Shown: positions 49,611 through 60,269 of the stretch, piece after piece
Layout of the letters: each line of letters starts with the position of its first letter
Numbering within the stretch: the stretch's first letter is position 1
Source: Hemiscyllium ocellatum
Taxonomy: Eukaryota
Direction: 5' to 3'
DNA length: 64,000 bases
NCBI RefSeq assembly: GCF_020745735.1
Contig: NC_083421.1
Span: forward strand, 57,713,001-57,777,000
Translations under genes and position numbers: made by a program
The notes under the pieces: model-generated
What the model saw: only the letters and a program-made list of their open reading frames with translations
Database searches by the model: none
Told to the model about the DNA's origin: nothing

Positions 49611-49828
49611 AGTCGAGAGTGCGGTGTTGGAAAAGCACAGCATTTCAGGCAGCATCTGAGGAGCAGGAGAATCGACGTTTTGGGCATAAACTCTTCATCA
49701 GAAACCTTATGGGGCTTATGCCTGAAATATTGATTCTCCTGTACCTCGGATGCTGCCTGATCTGCTGTGCTTTTCCAGCACCACTCTCATGACTCTGATC
49801 TCCAGCATCTGCAGTCCTCACTTTCTCC
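49611..49828 (+). mobile_element. Penelope-like pLTR palindrome, family A (degenerate cores)
   Basis: Inverted arms plus the tail CTGATCTCCAGCATCTGCAGTCCTCACTTTCTC. No clear TSD. Confidence 0.75.
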
Positions 49829-51330
49829 TGGCTATTAGGGATAGGCTGCCCCTGTTATCATCACTCACACAGCATGAGCAAGTTTTTAATAAGTGTTCCA
49901 TTTTATATTGGTAAGGTTTAATATAATGTTTTTATGGCTTCTGTCAAATTATTGCCTCATGCAATGTCTTTGTTAAATGCATATTAACTATGCACAATGA
50001 AGGCTTGATTATATTTTCTGTTCCTTTAATTCTTTCACACTACATCTGTTGGTTGAAACTAAAAACATTCCACAGAAAAATCATCTTGCAATGAAGGAAG
50101 AGATTGCAATTTGGTTTATATTTTAAGCCAATGTTCTCCCTCTTTCTCTTCTGGAGGCATAGACTTCTCCCTGGCCACACTCTCTCACAACCTTGCATAA
50201 TTGGCTTCACAAAAGCATCAGGGGAAAAAAAGTAGACCATTTGGTCTGTGGTTGCATGAATAGTTTACTTTTGATTTTAAATAAAGGAAGAAACATTTAC
50301 ATTTGCGTAGTACCTTTCAAAACCACAGGATGTCCCATAGTGCTTTACAAAATGAGATATGTTTGTACAGTTGAGGCAACTAATTTACTCACCAGCAAAC
50401 GTCCTCCAACAGGAACAAGGGATTGACCAGATCATTTATTTCAGTGTCCTTGCTTTTTGCAAATTTTAACTAAATGGAACAACCTGCCTCTGTTAGGGTG
50501 GAGGCATTAACGATTAAGAAGGCTCCTCACTCTCTCTCAGTGACCAGGTGCAGCCAGTCTATTGCTGGCGGATGAACAAAAGGCTGCAACATTGCCTCAA
50601 ATCATTGAAGAGTGAAAATTTACGCCTCTCAAATTGCAGGCATTACGCAGGCAGCTCAGGCTCAGACAAACCGGTTCCCAAGAAAGCATTCAGAGCGGCG
50701 GTCTCTCTGTACCAGTCAGACACGATCATGAAATGATCAGGAGGAGGAGGAGGAGGAGGCACCCTATTGTTGCTGCTCTGCTTTCTGCCTTATTGAGGGG
50801 GTGGTGGGGAATTTCTGACATCCTGAGGGTATCAGTGTAACAACAGCACATAGGATTTTGACCAAGTTAACAATAATTTTTAGCACTTTGTCACACACAC
50901 TTTTTTTGCGGAAGCATAGTTTGAAATGGTTCCTCGGCTAATTATTAGCCTGTTAAAGAAGTCTGGGTGTGATGCTCTTTGGAGGGTTGGTGTGGACTTG
51001 ATGGGCTGAATGGCCTGCTTCCACACTGAGGGGATTCTATGAAATGGACATGTTGCAGTTCAAAGTTCCTGATCCTGATCCTACAGCATGAATGCTCCTG
51101 TTGTGTCCAACAAGTGGGACAAGAATAAGGAGGTTCTGACGCAGAGTGCCAGACATTTCTCTCTGCCCCACAAGGCATCTTATCAAAGGAATGATCTCTT
51201 CCAAGTCAGGGTGGTGTCTGTCTTGGTGTGGCACCTGGACTTCCCAGGCTCCTTCTATCCTTGTCCCTCCAGGTGGCAGGTATCGATGAACCGAAGTGCA
51301 AGGTGTTTTCTCATGCTGTCGTAGTTTTTT

Positions 51331-51635
51331 TTAGATTAGACTTACAGTGTGGAAACAGGCCCTTCGGCCCAACAAGTCCACACCGACCCGCCGAAGCGAA
51401 ACCCACCCATACCCCTACATTTACCCCTTACCTAACACTACGGGCAATTTAGCATGGCCAATTCACCTGACCCGCACATCTTTGGACTGTGGGAGGAAAC
51501 CGGAGCACCCGGAGGAAACCCACGCAGACACGGGGAGAACGTGCAAACTCCACACAGTCAGTCGCCTGAGTTGGGAATTGAACCCGGGTCTCTGGCGCTG
51601 TGAGGCAGCAGTGCTAACCACTGTGCCACCGTGCC
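51331..51635 (-). mobile_element. HE1-type V-SINE, young full-length
   Basis: Intact A/B boxes, CpGs retained. Confidence 0.9.
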
Positions 51636-52009
51636 AACTGTATTTCACATTAATTCCCAAAACATCTTACCCCTGATCTCTTTCCTCCTCAGTCATTCTC
51701 TGGTTGCCTTATCAATCAACTCCTGATCCAAGAATGTGTTTTCTGAAGACATCCCATGTTAGGTTCATGCAAACAGATAAACCTCAGCTTAACAGATGTA
51801 GGGGATTTGCTAGGCTGCCTGAGATTCAGATTCGCTTGTTGTGAAAACCTTATTGTGAAGTCTGGCTCACTCGCTCCTCAATGTACATGTGCCTCTCCTT
51901 AAAAAAATCGCCTTAATGGCCTTCAAACTGTGCCTTTTTAGACCCATGTGTGTTTATTTTGTGCCACTAAACTCATTTCTAAATCCTTGTAAGGTGGAGG
52001 AGAAATGAT

Positions 52010-52738
52010 TATAGAGTCATAGCGTCATAGAAATGTGCAGCACAGAAACAGACCCTTTAATCCAACCCGTCCATGCTATCCCAGATATTCCAACCCAATC
52101 TAGTCCCACCTGCCAGCACCTGGCCCATATCCCTCCAAACCCTTCCTATTCATATACCCGTCCAAATGCCTCTTAAATGTTGCAATTGTACTAGCCTCCA
52201 CCACTTCCTCTGGCAGCTCATTCCATACATGTACCATCCTCAGTGTGAAAAAATTGCCCCTTTGGGTTCTTTTATATCTTTCCCCTCTCACTCTAAACCT
52301 ATGCCTTCTAGTTCTGGACTCCCCCCACCCAAGGAAAAGACTTTGTCTATTTATCCTATCCATGCCCCTCATGATTTTATAAACCTCTATAAGGTCACCC
52401 CTCAGCCTCCGATACTCCAGGGTAAACAGCCCCAGCCTATTCAACCTCTCCCTATAGCTCAAACCCTCCAACCCTGGTAACATCCTTGTAAATCTTTTCT
52501 GAACCCTTTCAATTTTCACAACATCTTTCCACTAGGAAGGAAACCAGAATTGCATGCAATATTCCAACAGTGGTCTAACCAATGTCCTGGACAGCCGCAA
52601 CATGACCTCCCAACTCCTGTACTCAATACTCTGACCAGTAAAGGAAAGCATATCAAACGCCTTCTTCATGATCCTGTCTACCTGCAATTCCACTTTCAAG
52701 GAGCTATGAACCTGCACTCCAAGGTCTCTTTGTTCACT
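52010..52738 (-). mobile_element. CR1 (HER1-like) 3' fragment
   Basis: ORFs 52100-52519(-) and 52532-52717(-) give the CR1 ORF2 C-terminus. Confidence 0.9.
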
Positions 52739-53528
52739 ATTCTAAAATGGGATCATGTGTAATTACTTATGTATGCACACTTACACTGTTGACCACCTAA
52801 TACTTGACAGGACTTCGAATAACGCTGGGCAATATTTTGGTATGAAGGTACTGGTTTTTTGAAAAGTGGAGATCAATGTCATCTGGTTCCATACATGTCT
52901 GGCCACTGCCCTTTCATTCACTTGAGTTCAAGTTTTGCATTGTAGGAGACTAGGCTCAAACCAGGGAGGGTCAATGGTCACTGAAGATAATAACACACAA
53001 ACAAGAAGCTTATCTAGTGGATGTTCACAGCTGCTGTAAAATCTTGCTTGGATTCGTGAAGCAGAGCAATAGAGATGTTATGAGCACTATATTTTTACAG
53101 ATTTTTTTTCTATAGCAGTTGCTTCCCGCTTTTCAGCTGTGAGCCCATTTTGAAGCTTAGTATTTATCACAACACCTTAATTGAGAAATGTGACTGTGAC
53201 TGGGGAAGGTAGGGGCTGCGAAATTGGAGCCTGTCTGTGAGAGCTGAAGCACATCTGTTCTTTTATTTACTCATGAGACATGGACGTCACTGTTCAACAT
53301 TTATTGTCCCTTCCCAGTTGGTCCTTGCGAAAGTGCTGGTGAGTTGCCTTATTGAACTGCTACAGTCCATGTGCTATTGGTGCATCCACAATGCCCTTAG
53401 AAAGGGAATTATACCTCAGAGTTCCATGGTGGCCATTGATGTCTTGGAACTCAGCGAACTAAAATTATATGCCGTGACCCCATTTGGGGTCCTGATCCCC
53501 ATTTTGGGAAGTCTTGCTTTACAGTAAG

Positions 53529-53862
53529 GATGGCATGGTAGCTCAGTGGTTAGCACTGCTACCCCACAGTGCCAGGGATGCGGGTTCGATTCCAGCCTCA
53601 GGTGACTGTCTGTGTGGAGTTTGCACATTCTCCCTGTGTCTGTGTAGGTTTCCTCCAGGTGCTCTGATTTCCTCCTGCGGTCCAAAGATGTGCAGGTTAG
53701 GTGGATTGGCCGTGCTAAACTGCCCATGGTGTCCAAGGATGTATAGGTTAGATGGATAAGACATGGAAAATGCAGAGTTATAGGGATAATGTGATGCTGT
53801 TTGGAGGGTTGGTGTGGACTAGATGGGCTGACTGGCCTGCTTCCAACTGAAGGGATTCTATG
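53529..53862 (+). mobile_element. HE1-type V-SINE
   Basis: GGTTCGATTCC B-box, V-domain and tail. Confidence 0.85.
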
Positions 53863-54534
53863 AAATGCACATGTTGCAGTTCAATGTGTCTGTTGGTATC
53901 ACATGATGTTTGCTTGAATGAACTAATAGTGGTGGGTTGACATGTTTTTGGTTGCTGCAGCTCTATTTGATGAATGCAGTGTAAACAGTTGTTGATTGAA
54001 GGTACCAGTGAGACTTTCTTTGGGATGTAGTTATTAGATATTTCTAGATTTACAAAAGTGCACATGAGCATTAGCTGTGCTTTATTTAAAGAGCATTAGG
54101 ATAACATCATGATGAAACAAATTGTACAGCCTCTACTAGGATCATCTGACCTTTCTCTGTCGAATGTAAGTTTAATAATAATTTCAGGGTAAAACCAATC
54201 AGTCTATGTACCTGTGATAAAATTTATTTTTAATTTTCATTAAACCACCAACATTTATCCACAGTTTTGCAAACGTCTTCCTATTTGTTTTGACAGTTCC
54301 AAACTTAAAACTAATTTAGTACTTTTTCCTATCTATTTGCAACCTATTCAATCACTGCTTTAAGAAAGGAGGTTTATAAAATGATATATAATAGTTGTCA
54401 TTGCCAGTAAAGATTCCCCTGTTAAATTTGGATTTTCAGTCATCATGAAAATGGTGGCGTACCTTGTAAGTAAGCCACAATGCAATATCCACATTAACAC
54501 TTGTTGATGATAGAATTGTGGTTAGTGAAATAGA

Positions 54535-54750
54535 AATATAGAAACATAGAAGCTAGGATCCGGAATAGGCCATTCGGCCCTTCGAGCCTGCTGCACCGTT
54601 CAGCATGATTATGGTTGATCCTCTATCTCAGTGCCATATTCAGCTTTCTCCCTGCAGTCCTTGATGCCTCTACAATCTAAAACTGCATCTACCCAGTGAC
54701 TTGGCCTCCAATGCTCTCTGTGATAGAGAATTCCACAAGTTCACTATCCT
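54535..54750 (-). mobile_element. CR1 3' tail
   Basis: (ATAGAAAC)n tail and GGCCATTCGGCCCTTCGAGCCTG. Confidence 0.65.
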
Positions 54751-54953
54751 TTATTAGGCTTTGTTTAATGGTCACAGCTTGCATCTGCTTCCCAGGAACT
54801 GAGAAAATAATTCACAAAGACATTCAGTGTAGTACTGATGTGATGTAATACAAAACCTGAGGGTTAAACCCGCGTTGTGTTAACCCTCTTGGATAAAAGT
54901 AATAGAAGGCATGGGACATAATTTGAAAAAGAGCAGTGTTCTAACCAATATTT

Positions 54954-55406
54954 ATAGAGTCACACTGCGCAAAAACAGACCCTTTGGTCCAACCAGTCCT
55001 TGTCAAACATAATCCCTAACTCAACTAGTCCAACCTGCCTGCTCTTGGACCATATCCCTCCAAATCTTCCCTCCTCATATCCTTATCTAAGTGTCTTTCA
55101 ATCATTGTAACTTTGCCCACATCTACCACTTTGTCAGAAAGTTCATTTCGCACGTGAATCACCCTTTGTGTAAACCTTTTGCCCTTCATTTCATCTTCAA
55201 ATCTCTCGTCTCTCATCTTTTAAAAATGTCTCCCCTTGTCTTGAAAACTCCTATTCGAGGGAACAGGCACCCACCATTAACCCTATTTATAGCCCTCATG
55301 ATTTTATAGACCTCTATAAGATCACCTCTTCATCTCCTACACTCCAGTGAAATAAGTCCCAACCTAACCAGCCTTTCTTTATAACTCAACTCTTCTATAT
55401 CCTGGC
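54954..55406 (-). mobile_element. CR1 3' fragment
   Basis: ORF 55025-55216(-) includes FTQRVIHVRNEL...EGYGPRAGRLD. Confidence 0.8.
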
Positions 55407-55509
55407 CAGGTAGATAATATGTTGTAGACAGTTTGGCTCCTTGAAAAGTGGGGATCACTTGGAGTCACCTGAGCATTGATACCAAGAAATCCACCAAGAT
55501 CTAGGACAG

Positions 55510-55900
55510 TGCTTTATACGCCATGAAATTGAAATTCTTTTTGAGATGAAGGCACTGTTGTCATGTCGGAAATTTGATAACCAATTGTGCAAGCAAGCTT
55601 CTCCAAGCAGCACAGGGTAATGACTGGATAATTTGGTTTTAGTGAAGCCAATTGAAGTATAAATTTTGGCCAGGACACTGAGTATAATTCCCTTTGAATT
55701 GGTGTTTCCAATCTATTAAATGCACCTGAGAAGGCAGATGGGATATTAATTTAATGTTACACTTGAGCAACAGTATACCGGTCAGCACAGCATTTCCTCA
55801 GAATTGCATTGAAGTGTCAGTTGAGTGTTTATACTCCAGTGTTCTGGAATGAGACTAGAACTGACAACCCTTGCAACCAGAGTCTATAGTGTTGCTACAA
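55510..55900 (-). mobile_element. DeuSINE-like (SacSINE1/AmnSINE1-type) element
   Basis: The - strand has Deu-domain-like CCCATCTGCCTTCTCAGGTGCA...GTGTCCTGGCCAAAATTTAT...ATTATCCAGTCATT. Fragments also at about 28610-28800, 40070-40230 and 50285-50445. Confidence 0.6.
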
Positions 55901-57123
55901 AACTTTGGATGATGACCAACATTGCTGTTGAAGAATTGCCTTAGCTGTTTATTTTGTTGGAAGTTTTCCAAACGCAGCATTGTTCTACTGCTCCTGGATT
56001 TTATTGAAAATGGATACAGTGACCTGCCCTCATGGTTAAAAGTTAATCCAGGGAGCAAAGCCAGAAATGTCTTGGGCTGAGCCTCTCTCCAGCATTGTGT
56101 CAATTTGTCTTACTGAAGGGAACAGTCAGCCAGCTAGAATTGACCTGGGGGTTAGAGAAGGGGAGATCGCCATGACCTGAGCCTTGATGGGACCTGCCAA
56201 TTCATCCGGATGCTCTTGGAGTCTCCCGAAATTAAGGATTGATGTTTGTGATTCTGCCAGGAACCCAGCAACAAAACCATAGGATAATCCAAAACAAAAT
56301 GGTTACACATCACAGAAGGTGGTTATTGAACCCTTGGCACTTATTTGAAAGAGATCAAATTTTTCATTGATTTTCATCTGTTAGTTAAGAATGTTGGAAA
56401 TAGGATTTAAAGAAGGGATGATCATGAATCATCCAGTTAAGCCATTAATATCCCCCTGCTTTCCTAAAGGTGTGGGAAGGTTGAGCATGTCAATGTTGAG
56501 TGACTAATGGCAGGAGGGGAAGTTGGAGACCAGAGGTCATGTAATGAAACTTCTTGGAATAGGATGACCATGTTTTGACTAAAGTTCAACTGCTTCTGTC
56601 ACAAGTGCAAATACATAAATATTGAATAAGTGCAAGACTGTCTCTCTAAAAGGGAATCAGGACACTGCCTGAGAGAATGGCACCACCCTTCATTTGCTGG
56701 TCCTTCAGGGGCAGCAGCAAAATTAGCCTGTTGAGTCTACTGCATGAGTTTAATCTTTTTCAACTAAAAGCAAGGAAGTGTTCTACATCATCCAGACTAT
56801 TTGCAAATGTGCTAACCCTATCATTACCAGAAACTATCCACCCTAGGATCAATGCAGTGGAAGTTTGAGCCTTGAATTTTCCTCAAAAGGTATGGACATC
56901 ACTGACAAGACCATGATTTGTTTCACACCCTTAATTACCCTTCTTCTTATTGGCTTGCCAGGCCATTACTGAAGGTCTGGAGTCATCTGTAGGCCAGATA
57001 GGATAAGAATAACAAATCCCTTTCCTAAAGGGCATTCATAAACCTGGTGGGTCAAAGTGGGTGGTAATAGCAATAACTAACTTACATCAATCCATGTTTA
57101 TTAATTGGATTTAAGTTCCATTG

Positions 57124-57423
57124 GGTGGCACAGTGGTTAGCACTGCTGCCTCACAGCGCTAGAGACCTGGGTTCAATTCCCACCTCAGGCGGCTGACTGT
57201 GTGGAGTTTGCACATTCTCCCCGTATCTGCGTGGGTGTCCTTTGGGTGCTCCGGTTTTCTCCCACAGTCCAAAAATGTGCAGGTTAGGTGAATTGGTCTT
57301 GCTAAATTGCCCATAGTGTTAGGGGCAGGGGTAAATGTAGGGGGATGGGTTGCACTTTGGCAGGTCGGTGTGGACTTGTTGGGCCGAAGGGCCTGTTTCC
57401 ACACTGTAAGTGATCTAATCTAA
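57124..57423 (+). mobile_element. HE1-type V-SINE inserted in an older SINE (56885-57505, -)
   Basis: Full head-to-tail copy. Confidence 0.85.
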
Positions 57424-58636
57424 ATACAATGGTGGGATTTGAACACATATCCCCAGATCATTTGCTGAACCTCTGGATTAGTAGTGACACTGCCTTTCCC
57501 TCCCCATAAACTGTGGTATGTAACAATACTATTGAAGCACTTAATGGGCTAATACAATGTTTTCGTAGGCTTGGTAATCAGGCCATTGTATCTTATAAAA
57601 TACTTTATGCAGGAACTTAATATCAACACCCAAAGTTCACATTATTTATTCTGAAAGCTTTGATCTTTTTAATTAAAATTGACATGGGTATATTTAACCA
57701 GATGGTAAGGATTATTCTTTTTTAAAAATTTTTTTAAACGCACAGAGAGGATCCCAAGAAAGTGAAGCACTCTGGCATTACTCTCAATTTTTGCCATCAG
57801 ACTGAAATTTAAATTTTCATAATGATGATGAATGGTATACGTTTCTATTCCAAGTGATTGCTTCCAGTACTGTCCTCCATTGCATTTCATCGCTGTTGGC
57901 AATACTACAACAGTTGTTCTGATGTGATCGCTTTCAAAATAAATTAATACGAATTCCATTTTCAATCTGCTATTAGCGTTCAAAGGTGTGTATTTCTTGC
58001 CTCTAATCCACTGTAGAAGATATTCAAGATGTTTGAGTCACAACTTTGAGACAAGATTTTGTTAATTAAAGTGGACTTCTTGCAGTTACTTTGTAATAAC
58101 ACAGTCTTCATTTCCAGAAATGTGTCTCTTCTCTTCTAACTGTGACAGCTGCAGCTTTGATGTTGCCCACAGGTAATGAGGAGCTGATGGGCTGTCTTCT
58201 TATTGTTGATTGCCTTGTTGTGTATTTTTGTACAGTTTCAGCAGATGTTCACTCAGTCCTGAGCTGGTGACATCGTGGGGGTGTCGTGATGGGAGGGGGC
58301 GTGGGGAGTTACGGTACAGCTTAATGGGGGTGGCCATCACCCCACACTTTGGGTGTCATTCTCATTACGAGGCATGAACTCAAAAAAAGGGATTACTCAA
58401 TGTTCCGTTCTGATCTAAATAAATAAAAAAAATTGCGGGAGCAATGCCGATATCATCTTTAATGATTTTGAAATGCCAGTATATATAAGTAAGGCGATAG
58501 GAAACCCATTCTGTTGCATCAATAGCATCATTTTCAAAAACGTGGTGGGAGATTTTGACAATGAACAAAATCTTTGACAAGCATGCAGCTTAATCTCAGA
58601 AGAATACAAAAGGAATGGGAAGACCACAGTGTAGGT

Positions 58637-59282
58637 TAGAGTCATAGAGTCATAGAGATGTACAGCACGGAAACAGATCCTTTGGTCCAACTCATCCATG
58701 CTGACGAGATATCCCAACCCCATGTAATCCCACCTGCCAGCACCCGGCCCATATCCCTCCAAACCCTTTCCATTCATATACCCATCCAAATGCCTCTTAA
58801 ATGTTGCACTTGTACCAGCCTCCACCACTTCTTCTGGCAGCTCATTCCATACATGTAGCACCCTCTGTGTGAAAACGTTGCCCCTTAGCTCTCTTTTATA
58901 TCTTTCCTTTCTCACCCTAAAACTATGCTCTCTAGATTAGATTACTTACAGTGTGGAAACAGGCCCTTCGGCCCAACAAGTCCACACCGACCCGCCGAAG
59001 CGCAACCCACCCATACATATACCCCTTACCTAACACTACGGTCAATTTAGCATGGCCAATTCACCTAACCCGCACATCTTTGGACTGTGGGAGGAAACCG
59101 GAGCACCCGGAGGAAACCCACGCAGACACGGGGAGAACGTGCAAACTCCACACAGTCAGTCGCCTGAGGCAGGAATTGAACCCAGGTCCCTGGGGCTGTG
59201 AGGCAGCAGTGCTAACCACTGTGCCACCGTGCCTCTAGTTCTGGACCCCCTGACCCCAGGGAAAAGATTTTGCCTATTTACC
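58637..59282 (-). mobile_element. CR1 3' fragment split by an HE1 SINE
   Basis: FTQRVLHVWNELPEEVVEAG and an (AGAGTCAT)n tail. Continues at 59233. Confidence 0.85.
58933..59232 (-). mobile_element. HE1-type V-SINE, young full-length
   Basis: Inserted in CR1 with a CTCTAG duplication. Confidence 0.9.
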
Positions 59283-59780
59283 ACATTATCATTAGAGATA
59301 GGGTTATAGTTGTCCTTTCTGCTGACTTTGAAGAAAATTATACGCATCGTGTACCTTTATTTTACATTGGCTGGCAGAAATGCAAATGTAAAAAGCTGTG
59401 CCTTTCCCATTAATCTTTGAACAGTAAGCCTGATTTACCATTAGGCTTTCCATTGCAAATGATGTGCTGAAGCCTGTAATCAACAGAAATCTCATATATT
59501 ATTGCTCCTGATTCTGCCTTCACCATAATGGTATAGAGCTGGGATGGAGCCAGTAGCGTCAGTATACAATCCCATTGAAGAATTCTCATGGACAGACAGC
59601 CAGGAAATAAAATATACCTACAATCTTTCACTTTTTCTTAATGAGTTTTCAAGTGAATGACAGAAAAGTTACATATTCAATTAGAGCTGATACATTGAAC
59701 TTTAGTATTATACACTTTGTATGTTAAGAAAATATGGATTTTTAAAAATTAAAGTAGAAAGGGTTGACACCAGTGTCAAA

Positions 59781-59886
59781 AAATAACTGACAAAGGGTCA
59801 GTTAGACTCGAAACGTCAGCTCTTTTCTCTCCTTACAGATGCTGCCAGACCTGCTGAGATTTTCCAGCATTTTCTCTTTTGGTTGG
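59781..59886 (+). mobile_element. Single-arm Penelope-like pLTR, family A-related subfamily
   Basis: 16-bp TSD TGACACCAGTGTCAAA (59765-59780, 59887-59902). Core CTGACAA-A-GGGTC-AGTTA-GACTC-GAAACGTC. Confidence 0.75.
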
Positions 59887-60269
59887 TGACACCAGTGTCA
59901 AATTGGTTTTCCAGGGTCAGAGAGGTTGTTCTGCAATTGTTGTGATTCATTAAAACTTTAAAACTCACCACATCTCATTAACAAGTGGTTTAAGCAATAT
60001 CATTGCGTAAAAAGACAACTCCCAATTGCTCAGTGGTTTTGAGAGATTGCCATCTGCAGATGCTTAGCACACCCTGCAGAAGAATGTGGAATCACTGACA
60101 GCAACTTCTGAATTTCTGCATTGAATTTTACATTAAACTGATGCTGGAAATGGCTCTTCCTTTCACAGGTAATGGAAGTAAAAGCTGACTGTTTTGTTTC
60201 CAATCCAACTGTAAAATCTTGGGTCACCAATCAGCTTCTGTCATGCAAATCCAAAGAACATCCATTTTT

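Noticed and set aside
471-49828. Palindromes as MITEs (DNA transposons)
   Set aside because: TSD length varies (9-16 bp), arms are asymmetric with a one-sided tail, single-arm copies exist, and the arms are contiguous with GIY-YIG PLE coding remnants.
58288-58323. MGGGVGSYGTA resembling Slack-B GGGSVGSDVGQR
   Set aside because: Low-complexity match, immediate stop codon and no convincing exon structure.
27268-59238. Recurrent MWKQALRPNKSTPTRRS ORFs as a multigene peptide family
   Set aside because: They are antisense translations of HE1 SINE copies.
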